From Callorhinchus milii (lineage: Eukaryota): a DNA stretch of 52,203 nucleotides. Numbering within the stretch: the first letter of the stretch is position 1; each line of letters opens with the position of its first letter. The notes beneath the pieces were generated by a model. The model ran no database searches and was not told the DNA's origin. It saw only the letters and a program-made list of their open reading frames with translations. Made by a program: the position numbers and the translations under genes. The stretch spans positions 1 through 52,203 of the forward strand of contig NW_024705353.1 in the NCBI RefSeq assembly GCF_018977255.1, written 5' to 3'. Below are positions 14,701 to 27,600 of this stretch, in pieces.

Positions 14701-17122
14701 ACATAAAGACAAACAGACACACACTCAAAAACACACAAACAAACAAAGAAACACAAAATCAAATACAAACACAGACATAAATACACATACATAGATTCAC
14801 ACAAACAAACACACGCAAACACAACATACACACAAGCACACACAGAAACACACAAACATAAATACACATACACACAACCACAACGTTTGTGTAAACGTGC
14901 AAGCACACAGACACAACCACGCACATACCCGCAGACACGCCACACACACACACAAACACACACCAAAACACACACACACAAATACACAATAACATCAACA
15001 AAATACCCAACACACACACTCACAGGAAACACACACAAACGCACACAACAACAACAACAAGATTACAGTTGTATATCGCCTTTCATGTCGGACGTCCCAA
15101 GGCTCTGACACACACACACACTCACAAGCACAAAGTCACACACACAGAAACACACAAACACACACACAAACAAACGTACACACAAGCAAACACAGTCGAA
15201 CACAAATACACACAGAGACACAAAAATCCCCGCAGAAACACACACACAGACAGAGACACTCATATAAACACATCCAGACACACAATATATATATAGATAT
15301 ACTCAAAACACACACAACAACACACACAGAAACAAAGACAACACACACACAAACATCGCTCAATAGATACACACACACTTACGAAAGCACTCACAAAAGC
15401 ACACAGACCCACATACACAGGCAAACACACACACATATGCATTGACACACACATTGTTAGAATTTACACTTTTTGTATAATGTTGGAATCATGATAGAGG
15501 TTGCGAACGGGTTAACTTTTAAGTTAAGTGTGTTGTGGGCAGCGGGACTGAAACTCCCTGCACATACACGAGATAACGGACTGTCTCAAGGACAGTGTGT
15601 GTGTGTATGTGAGGCACGTACACCCCATGAGGTGTTCACGTGAACCCAGCATGATTTCGACCAGGTGATCTAATGTCCGCACCATGATCGGACGAACATT
15701 GGTATAAGAGTTCCGATAACTTTGTGTACGGGCCGTCCCGGGTCGCGGAGACAAGGGTACGGGAGATGGGGCCATCCCGGGCTGCGGAGACAAGGGTACG
15801 GGAGATGGAAGACTGAGAACTAGAAACACTAAGACTGAGGATATCAGAGGGAAGATTGAAAGCTGTAAGCAAGAAGACCGAAAGCACGAAAGAATCAAGC
15901 TTGTGTGCTGTAAAGACACAGTGTTGAACTCGAGATATCTATAGTGGTGTTTTCTTTTATAAGATCTGTTGATTGTACCGGCCTTTGGTCTGACCCATCG
16001 GGATATTGGGGAATAACGAACGAATTATAATAAAACAGTCTGATATCTGGTTAGAGGAATCAGCGTTATTTCCTTACAGATTTGGCTGAATTTTATTTTC
16101 TAACAACATACATACACAAACACAACACATACACATGCACTGACACACACACAGAAATACCACACACACAGTGTTTTCTTGGGTTAATGTTAAAGCGTGG
16201 TTCAAGAATCTAAAAATAGAAGTGCAAAGGCGGCAAAGCTCAGTAACTGAAGGCAGAACCCAAAACAATGGCAATATAAGGTCAGGACTACAGGGACACA
16301 AAAAGTCCTTGTGGTTAAAGGGAGAATTGAAATTGAAACATATTATGGATATAAACATAAGGAGTTGTTTTTCTTAAAAAAGACAGCTTTGTCTGGAGTT
16401 ATTCAGTTGTCTTTAAACAAAGGTGTGTCAGATATCTCTCGGAACGGTAGCGGAGCAGTGCGAGACACGACCAGTGCTGTGACAGAATCCGTTCGGTAGC
16501 CGTTTTGTGTCTTGTGTATTATTTTATTGTTTCATTTACTTGTGCATTACCTACTATTTTGACTGAATATAGTGACTGAACTCAACCAATAGGTAAACTG
16601 GAATAGGATCATTTTAAAATTTTGGAGAGAGTTGCAAATGTTTCTAACAGTCACACACACACACAAAGACACACACACAGCACATGCAAACAAACACAGA
16701 AAGACACACAACACCCGCACAGACACACATTAATACATTTGAGAGTTTGACGTAAACGATGGCTTGTGGCCTCACATTGTCACACCGATTCCTGTCACAA
16801 TTCAGCCGCACTGAGCAGACAGTCACAATAAATACATTGAGATATTGGAGTCATTCAGACTCTGGAGACACAGTGCGTTACTTACTGCAGACTCTGTATT
16901 TTACACTCCGAGTTCCTCAGAGCCTCACACAGTCGCTTCACTCCACAATCTCCCAGGTTATTGCTCCCCAACCTGGACACAGAGACACAAACACAGGGAA
17001 TATAGTGTAACAACACAATACACATTGACATGTATATACAGGAGCGTTTCACATGGGAGCAAGTCCCAAGGCGCTGGACCAGTGTCACACACACCCGAAC
17101 ATGTGCCACACACACATCACAG

Positions 17123-17153
<31 letters not shown>

Positions 17154-17426
17154 GATTCTCTCCATGTCTCTCCCACAAAACAGTCACTACGTTTAATAAT
17201 ATATTCTCTTTCACCGTCTCTCTCTCTCTCTCAGTCTCCTTCTATGTCTTTCACTTTCTCACTCTCTCAGTCTCTCAGTCTCCTTCTATGTCTCTCTCTG
17301 CTAATTTTCTTTCTCTGCCTCTCCACAAAACACAGTCCCTACGCGTGATAACATATTCTCCCTCATCGTCTCTCTCTTTCTCTCAGTCTCTTACTCGCTC
17401 TCTCTCACAATCATTCTTCTTTCGCT

Positions 17427-17476
<50 letters not shown>

Positions 17477-18230
17477 CAGTCTCTATCTCTCTGGCTCTCT
17501 GAGGCTGTCTCTCAGTCTCTTTCTCACTCTGTATCTCTGAGTCACTTTCTCTCTCTTTCTCTCAGTCTCTCTCTCTCACTTTGTGTTTCTCAGGCACTTT
17601 CTCTCTCTCCCTCTCTCGGTAACTTTCTCTATCGCTCACAATATATACAGTCAATTCACTTTACAGTCGATTCTGTGAAACGCTTTGAGCCGTCTAGAAG
17701 GCGTGAAAAGCACTATGTCAAACGCAAGGATTATTATTAGTTGTAGTATTAGAAGTAGTATTATCTCTCCGGCAGTTTATCCCAATCTCACTCTCTCTCT
17801 CTCTCTCTCTCTCTCAGTCAATCTCTATCTATTTTCCCCACAAAACACTTCACTATATATTCTCTCTCACTATCTCTCTCACTCTCTCAATCTTCCTGAG
17901 TCTCCATCTCTGTCTCTATATCGGTCTCTGTCGCTCAATCTCTCTCTCTCGCTCTCTCTTTCTCTCTCACAATCATTTTCTCAGTCTCTGCGTCTCTCTA
18001 TCTGCGTCAATCAATATCTCTTTCTGTCTCTCTCTCTCAACCTCTCTCTGTCTCAGTCAGTCAATCTCTTTGAGTCTCACTGTCTCGTCAACAAAACATA
18101 CAGTCACTACACATTATAATATATTCTCTCTCCATTTCTGTCTCACTCAGTCTTTCAGACACTTTCTCTTCCTCATATCTCTCTCAGTCGCTCTCTCTCG
18201 AAGTCTCTTTCTCTCCCTTATTCACGCACT

Positions 18231-18279
<49 letters not shown>

Positions 18280-18586
18280 CTCTCAATCTCTTTCTCAGTC
18301 TCTCTCTCTCTCTGTGTCTCCCAGAATCTCTCTCCCTCCATCTACGTGTCTCAGTTTCTCATCCTCTAAGTCTCTCAGACTATCTTTCTCTATTAGTGTC
18401 TCTCAGTATCTCTTTCTGTCGCTCTCTCACATTCTCTCTCACTCTGTGTCTCTGAGTCACTTTCTCTCTCAGCCTCCCTCTCTGTTTCTCTCCTCTCTCG
18501 TATTCTCTCTCTCTCTCTCTCTCATTTTCTCACTTAGTTTGTCTCACTCAGTCTCCCTTTCCCAGTCTCTCACTCTCCCAGTATCT

Positions 18587-18664
<78 letters not shown>

Positions 18665-21600
18665 TCAATATCTGTCTCATCACTCGATCTCTCAGTCCTC
18701 TCTCTCTGTCGTGTAGTCTCTCTGACGCTCTCCCAGTCTCTATCAGTGCCTTTCTGACTCTCTCCTCCTTTCGTTCTGCCTCTCTTTCTCCTCTCTCTCT
18801 TCCTCTTTCTTTGTCAGTCTCTCTCACTGACTCTCTCTCTGTATTTCTCTCTCTGACTGTCTCTTTCTCTCTCGCAGTAACACTGTCTGTCACACAAAAC
18901 ACAGTGTCACTAAACTTTAAAATATCTCTCTCACAACTCTCTCCCTGCGTTTTTCCCTCTCTCATTCTCTCTCTGTATCTCTTACTCTTCTTTCCCTCAT
19001 TGAATCTCTCGCCCTGTCTCTGTCTTTATCTCTGACTGTTACTGTCTCTCTCTCTCTCTCTCTGTATGTTTCTCTATCAGTCTCTCTCTCTCTCTCGCTC
19101 TCTCTCTCACAGTCTGTCTAACATTCTCTCACTTTGGCTCTTCCACAAGGCATAGTCACTATTCGATATTATATATTTTTGTATCAGTCTCTCTTTGTGT
19201 CTCTACCTGTCTCACTTTCTTCTCGGTCTCTGTCTCTTAGTTTCTCCGATAAAATGCACAGTCACTACATGTTGTATGTCATGTACCCTATTCTCTCTCA
19301 CTGTGCCTGTCTTTCTCTCAGTTTGTCTCTCTTACTCTCTCCTGCTCAGTTTCTTTCTCTCAATCTCTCTCTGATTCTCTGTCTCTCCCTTTTTCTCTTT
19401 CTAAATCAGTCTCTCTCTCTTTGTCGCTCTCTCTGTTTCATTACCTGTCAGTCTCTGTATTCGCCTCTCGCTCTATCTTTCGTTCCCTCAGTCTCTCTTC
19501 ACTATCTTACTTCTCTCTTTCTGTCACTTTCTCCTAGTCCCTCTCACAAAAAAAGACTGCATGTTAAATTTCTTCTCCCCTAGTCTCTCTCGCTCTATCA
19601 GTATCTCTCTCTTTCTCTCAATCTATTTCACAGACTATCACTCTGTCTTTCTCTCACTCAGTCTCTCTTCTCTCTCAGTATCTCTTTCTGTCTCTGCATC
19701 TCTCTGTCTGTCTCTCTCCCAATTCCCATCTATCTCTCATTCTCTCATGAAATATTGTTTTCAAGGGATTAATAACCCTGGAAAAGTGATCTGCAAGTCG
19801 TATAACAACCGGATTGTGACTGACTGTGTGGCAATCAGACACGAGTGGAGTAAGGAAACATCCGTAAGGTTTTGCCCTGTCAGGAATCACCCCCAGGCCC
19901 TCCCGCTAGCGAGGCGAGGGCTTTAACCACTGAGCTACAGGGCTCAGACTGCAGTGTGTGAGCAGACACAGGCTAACTCAGGGCTGAAGCTGTGTCGATT
20001 TCATTCTGGGTGAGGGTTTTGCACAGACGTTTTGACTGGAAAGATTCTGACAAAAAAAACCTCAAACCTAGGGGAGGCGTCGGAGCTGTGAGGATCCGCA
20101 TGTCACGAGAGATGGGGTTTCCAGCACATGGTTTCATTTTAACACATGTTGAGAGTTTGATGTAAACGATGGCTTGTGGCCTCACACTATCACACCGATT
20201 CCTGTCACAATATTCAGCCGCACTGATCAGACAGTCACAATAAACACATTGAGATATTGATCATTCAGACTCTGGAAATACAGTGTGTTACTTACTCCAG
20301 TTCTGTATTTTAAACACCGGGTTCCTCAGAGCCTCACACAGTGGCTTCACTCCACAATTTCCCAGTTTATTAATATTGAGGTACAGCTCCGTCAGTGAGT
20401 GGTTTGTGCTGAGAGCGGAGGTCAGATCCTCGGTACAATCCGTTGTCAGATTGTTACTGTCCAACCTGCAGATCAGAGACACAGAGACATAACAGGGATC
20501 AGAGTAAACACAGTGTGTGTAACCCACTGTCACTCACAGTTTGTCTGATGCCGGACAGGTGGCAGCAGTGCACACGCATACACACACACGCACACCAGCA
20601 TACACAGACACGCCTACACACAGACACAAAAACACACACGCATAGTCACAACCATACAAACACGCACAAATACACACTCAAACATACAAATCGATGACAC
20701 AAACAAACACACGCATACACATACATACCAAAAAGAACTTAACACACACATACACACAAAAACACATAAATGCACACACACAACCAAACAAGCACCCACA
20801 CACAAACACATGCACACGTGCACAAATACAGAAATACACAAATACAAGAACATAAATACACACATATACAATCACGAGCACAAATACAGATACAGAAACA
20901 CATAGACAGGAACAGACAGTATTGCACACGCTCACAGGCACATACAGAAACAAACAGACATGAAACACACTTACACACAAGCAAACGCATGACACACGCA
21001 GAAATACACACGCACGGACACACATACACAAACACACACAGAAAGACACACAGGCAAGCAAACGCACACAAAAAAATCACAAAGATACACACACAACAAA
21101 ACACACAAGTACACACACAAAAAACCAAAGACACACAAAAACACAAACATACATGAACACAGATACATGAACAAACAAGTTTACACGCAAATACGTGCGC
21201 ACAAAAATACCCACACAAACACACAGAAATGTACACATACAAACACAAGCAAACGCACACAATCAAACCCACACGCACAAGGGCACACAAATAAACAGAC
21301 AAACATACACAAGCACAGATTGTCAATAAAGGCGCAAAAAACACACGTACAGAAAAACATACACGTATACACATACACACACAAACAAATTCACATGCGC
21401 ACAGCAATATGCGCACAAACACATACATATGCAAACACACACGAGCACACACATATACAAATACACAATCGTACACACAAAAGAAACACACACAACTAGA
21501 AACACAAAACAAACACACAAACTGACACACAAACACGCGCACACAAGCCCACACACAAACAAACACAAAATCACACAAACACACGGATAAAAACATACTA

Positions 21601-24600
21601 ACACACACAGAAATACACACACACAGAAGCACACAAGAAACACAAACGGAAATACACAGGGACACATGCACAAACAAACAGAAAACACAAACACACATTC
21701 ACGCACCCAACCCCAAAAACATAGACGCACATAAACACAAACAAACAAAATCACGGACACACATAAATACGCACACGCTCACGCATAACCAAACACACAA
21801 AGAAATGCTCAAACAAGCACAATAAACACACACGGGCACAACAAACAAATACATACACAGAAACATACACCGAAACACATGTGAACACAAACAAACACTC
21901 ACAAACAGACAATCACATACGCAAGAATACACACCAACTCATATACACACACAGAAACACAAACAAACTCACAAAGAAACTCACATGTGCACACGCACAC
22001 ACACAAACTTACACAATAACATACGCACACAATCATACATTCATGCAAACACACAAACGTAAACACTTACACAAGCACACCAAACACACATACACAAAAT
22101 AACACAAACAAACATACATATAAATACACATCCACACAACCAAACAAACACAAATAGATATACACATACAAACACACAATCTCGCGCACAAACATTCACA
22201 CAACATTCACCAATGCACAAACAACACACACACAAACACACCCAAACATACAAACAAACACAGAAACAAACAGAGATACTCACAAATACACACGTAAGCA
22301 CGCACAGACACTCACAAAAAACAGTCACGAACGCACACAAGCACACACACAGAATCACAAACACATGCAAACACAGACACACAAACAGACACACACACAT
22401 ACACACTAACACATGTTGAGAGTTTGATGTAAACGATGACTTGTGACCTCGCACTTTCACACCGATTCCTGTCACAATATTCAGCCGCACTGATTAGACA
22501 GTCACAATAAACACATTGAGATATTGGAGTCATTCAGACTCTGGAGACACAGTGTTACTTACCACAGACTCTGTATTTTACACTCCGGGTTCCTCAGAGC
22601 CTCACACAGTCGCTTCACTCCACAATCTCCCAGATTATTGCCCCCCAACCTGGACACAGGGACACAAACACAGGGAATATAGTGTAACAACACTAAACAC
22701 ATTGACATGTATATACAGGAGCCTTTCACATGGGGAGCAAGTCCCAAGGCGCTGGGACCAGGGTCACACACACATGTGCACACACAGCACAGTCTGTCTC
22801 TATATCTCTCTCACTCTCTCCGTCTTTTTCTCTCTTCTGTCTCTTTCTCTCAGTCTCTCTCTCGCTCTCTGTCTGTCTTTCTCTCTCTCACTGCCTACAT
22901 TCTATTCTTTGTCAGTCTCTCTCTGTCTGTGTCTTTCCCTCTCACAGTCACACTCCCTCAGTCTCTTTCTTTCTCAGTCTCTCTCTTTGGCTCTCGCTCT
23001 GACATTCTCCAACTCAGTCTCTCTCTCAGTCTCTTTATCTCAGTCACTTTCTCAGTCTCTTGCTTTGTCTCTATCATTCTCTCTTTCTGTCTCTCTCTCT
23101 CTGTCTCGCTTTTTCTCTCTCACTCACTCTTAGTCTCTCCCACTACCACATGGATATATTGCATCTCCCCTAAGCTCTCACTTGCTCCCTCTTTCTCTTA
23201 ATATCTCTCTCTGAGTCTCTCTCTGTCTCGCTCAGAGTCTTTTGCTCTATCTCTTCCACAAAACACAGTCACTTCACAGTATAATACATTTCCTTCTCTC
23301 AGTCTCCCTATTATTTTCTCTCTCAATCTCTCTGTCTACCTCTCAGTCTCTCCCACAAAATACCACACAATATATTTCATTTCCTCGAGGCGCTCTCTCT
23401 CTCTCCCTCTCTCACACAGCTTCTCTCTGTGTCACTTTCTCTCAGTCCCTCTCTCAGTCTTTCTCTCTCAGTCTCTATCTCTCAGTCTCTCTCTTTCTCT
23501 CTTTGTCCCTCTCTCAGTCTTTCTCTCTCAGTCTCTCCCTCTCAGTCTCTCTATCTCTCTCAGTCTCTCGCTCTCATTCGCTCTTTCTCTCACTCTGTCT
23601 TTCTCTCACTCAGTCCCTCTCTGCCAGTTTGTATTTTTCTCAGTTACTCTCTATATCTGAGTCTCTCTCACAGACTCTGGAATTGTCTCGCTCAGAAAAC
23701 GCAATCACTAAATGTTATAAATATTTCTTTCTTTCACTTTCTCTCAATCTCTCTCAGTCTCTTTCTCTCTGAATCCCTCCCTGTCACTCTCTTTCTCTCT
23801 CAGTCTCTCCCACAGAACACACAGTCACTACACATTATGGAAACTGCCTCCTCATCGGCCTTCCTAAATCTTCCCTTCACAAGCAGCAGATCATCCAAAA
23901 CACTGCACTCTGCCGCCTTGTCTCTCATCTCTCTCAATGAATACTTCTCTGTTTCCCTCTCAGTCTCTGTTTCTGGTTCTCTCTCTCTGTCTCAGTCTCT
24001 CTCAATCTCTATTTCTCTCTCTCAGGTTCTGTCTCTCTCTTGCAGTCACTCTCTCAGTTTCACGCTCCCTCATTCTCTCTCTGTCTCAACCAAAAAAATA
24101 TTCACTAGACTTTATAATATATTGTCATTCACAGACTCTCTCTCTCAGACACACAGTCTCTGGAGGATAATGATTGTGTTTTGTGGGTTAGAAAGAGCGA
24201 GAGATCGAGAGAATGAAAGAAAGAGACGGAGAAATACTGAGTCTGAGAGAGAGTCTGGGAATGAAAGCAAGAGACAGAGAGAGAGAGAAAGAGAGAATGG
24301 GGGAGAGATGGGAGAAAGAGTGACAGCGAGAAAGTAAGAGGCATGAAGAGAGACAGACAGTGTTTTTTGTGAGAGAGACTGAGAGACATAGATTTATAGG
24401 GAGAGAGAGAGAGACTGAGAAAGACACCGAGAGAGACTACGAAAGAATGACTACAAGTGAGAAAGAGACTGAGAGAGAGACTGATAACAAATCCATAACG
24501 TGTAGTGACAGTATTTTGTGGAAGAGACAGAGGGAGACTGATAGAGAGAGAGTGACAGAGAGAAAGAGACAGAGAGAGACCGAGAAAGAGAGATTGACAT

Positions 24601-27600
24601 AGTGAAAGAAAAAGAGACTGAAAGAAACAGAGAGAGAGAGGCTGAGAGAGAATGTGAGAGAAAATGTATTACAAAGTAATACAGAGTAATAAAAATAATT
24701 ACTACAAATGTGTGTTTTGGGGGAGAGATAAAGCAAGAATAGGAGAAGAATGAGAGAAAGAGTGAGAGACTCGGAGAGAGACAGTTACTGCGATAGAGAG
24801 AAAGAGACGGAGAGAGTGACAGATAGAGCGACTGAGTGAGACAGAGAGATACACCGAGAGAGACTGAGAGAAAATATATTGTAATGTTTGGTTTGTGGGA
24901 CAGAGCGAAAGACAGAGAAAAAGAGATAGAAACTATAAGACAGTTAGAGAAACAGTCTGAGAGAGTGGGAGACCAAGAGAGTGAGTGAGAGAGAGAGACT
25001 CAGAGAGACTGAGAGATAGAGACTGAGAGAGAAACAGAGAAAGAGATAGACTGATGTTAAGATAAATTTAGTGAAAGAGAGACTGAGCGAGAGAGTGAGA
25101 GAGAGAACATATTGTAAAGTGTAGTGACTGTGTTTCGTGGAAGAGACAAAGAGACAGAGGGAGAGAGAGACTGAGAGAAAATATATTATGAAGTGTAGTG
25201 ACGTGTTTTTTGGGAGAGGTAGAGAGGCAGAGAGAGAGAGAGAGACAGGAGTGCGTGAGAGAGACAGAGAAAGAGAGAGACTGAGAGAGCCGGTGAGAGA
25301 AAATATCTTATAAGATGTAGTGACAGTTTTGTGGAAGATACAGAGAAAGATGGTGAGAGACTGACCGAGAGCATGGGAGAGTGAGACTAGGCGAGAGAGT
25401 GACTTCGAGAGAGAGGGAGAGAAAGAGAGGCAGAAAGAGAGACAGAGAGTGAAAGAGAGGCAGAAAAAGAGACTGAGAGAGAGAGAACGAGATAGAGAGA
25501 TGTACAAAGAGCAAGACTGAGACAAAACAATGATAGAAAATATATAGTAAACGTGTAGTGACCGTGTTTTTTCGGGAGACGCAAAGAGAGAGAGAGAGAG
25601 ACTGAGACAGAGAGAGACACTGAGTGACATAGAGAGAGAGCCTGAGAGAAAGGCTGATAGACAGAGAGAATGAGAGAGGGAAACCGTGAGAGAGAATATA
25701 TTATGTAGTGTATTAACTCTGTATTTTGTAGGTGAGACAGAAAGGGAGACTAATAGTGAGAGAGAGAGAGTTAGAGAGAGAGGGAGAGTGAGGAAGAGAT
25801 TGAGACTGAGATCGCGATACTGAGAGACAGTGACTTCGAGCGATAGAGATAAAGAGACTCAGAGATAGAGCAAGACTGAGAGATAATATGCAGTGACGGC
25901 TTGATGTGGGATAGAGAGAGAGAGGATGAGACAAAGAGATTGAGAAAGAGAGAGGGAGATACTGGAAGACAGAGCAAGAGAGAGAGAGAATGCAAGAGAG
26001 ACAGACAGAAACTGAGAGAGAGAGAGAATAAGAGACAGAGATAGAGATGGAGAGAGAGGGAGATTGTGCGAGAGAAGATGTTATAAAGCGTTAGTGACTG
26101 TGTTTTACGGGAGACCCTGAGTCTGAGAAAGAAAGACTGACAGAGAGGACAGGAAGAGAGAATGAGAGAGAGAGTGAGAGACTGAGAGAGAGGAGAGAGA
26201 GAGAGAGAGACTGTTTGAAAGTGACTGACAGAGAGACTGAGTGAGAGAAAGGCAAAGCGAGAGACGGAGAGAGAGACTGAGAGGGAGAATGTGATACAAT
26301 AAAGGTATGACTGCCTCTCCCCCAAAGGACAATCCTCCCCATAGCTGCCTCTGCACTGCAAGTCCTCAGCCTTTACAGTCCAGGGCCCAGTTTACCCGCT
26401 TCCCCACAGCCGGTACCCAGAGCCCATTATAATAGTGTTAGTGACCTGAGTGTGAGGACAGGGCAGTGCTGTAGAAGCTGCAACACATCAAGGGAGGGAG
26501 CGAAGTAAAGAGTTTGTGGGATGGAGTTGCAGAGTGCGGGGGCAGAGTCAGAAAATTCGGTCGCCGATGGCAGAGCGGGTTCGGCAGGAGACATGGTGGA
26601 GGCTTCAGCCAACTGAAGGAAGGGAGTGGACAGGTTGATAGGCGGTCAGCAGGTCAGAGAGGTAGGAGGGAGCAGGTCCGTGGAGGGCCTGGAAAGTGAA
26701 GAGGCGTATTTTGAATTCTATCCACTAAGGATTGGGGAGTCAGTGGAGCCGGGCGATGGTGGGGGAAATGGTCATGGAGTCTGGTGCAGGAGAGGACAGA
26801 GCTGCAGAGTACTGGATGACCTGCAGCTTGTGGAGGGAAGAGTTGGGAAAGCTGACAAGCAGGGAATTGGTATATTTGAGCCAGGGCGTAATGGAGGCGT
26901 GTATCAGGGATTTGGCGGCCTGAGGGGTGAGGCAGTGGTGGAGTTAGGCAATGAAGCAGCGGTTGGGGAAGGCACAGTTGATCATGGCACAGATATGGGG
27001 GAGAAAGGACAGTTGACGGTCGATAAGACTCCCAGATTCCTGACTGGCTTAGTGAGGTGGATTGGGCATCCGTGGATGTTGATGCTGCCAGTGTCTGAGT
27101 TGGGACGTGCTGGTGCGAGTCAATCAGGAGAGCCTCGGTCTTGCTGACGCTCAACTGTAGAAAGCTGATACAGAACATGATACCTGACAGACATTGTGTC
27201 AGGACAGGAACGTTCGTGGGGTTCAAGGGTGGAGACAAAGAAGTAGATTTGGGTGTCATCCGCATACATGTGGAAGTTGACCCCATGTCTGCCGATGATG
27301 TCACCAAGTGGGAACATATACATGTTGATGAGGAGAGGACTGAGGGCAGAACCCTGAGTGACAACACACGAGGAGGTGAGGTGGCTGGGGGAGAAGCCTT
27401 TTTTCAAGACAAAGTGGAGCCGATATGAATGATAGAATCTGATGATGATAATAGTAATAATCATAAGAACTGCATTTCTCACAGCCCTCATCTTGGCAAT
27501 GTATCTTAACATGCTGTGCTGCTGGATGTACAAGTAGTGGGGATCTCCCCCAATGCCTGGCAAAGGCAGGAACAGTTTACGCTCGGTCTATTCCAGCAGC

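Larger units (their letters stand above)
13794..23640 (+). repeat. About 9.8-kb duplicated block, copy 2
   Basis: Collinear near-identical copy of 3883-13692, starting about 70 nt after the N gap. Confidence 0.93.

Noticed and set aside
7033..22649. LRR cassettes as a VLR-like somatic assembly system
   Set aside because: The modules are ordinary GT-AG spliced exons of RI-type LRR, in order within an NLR gene. They are not unspliced donor cassettes around an incomplete gene.
1018..26361. Very many long HT-, CV-, SL- and ER-rich ORFs in the track (also 39324-44069 and 45533-46619)
   Set aside because: They are translations of dinucleotide microsatellites that lack stop codons, with no domain content.
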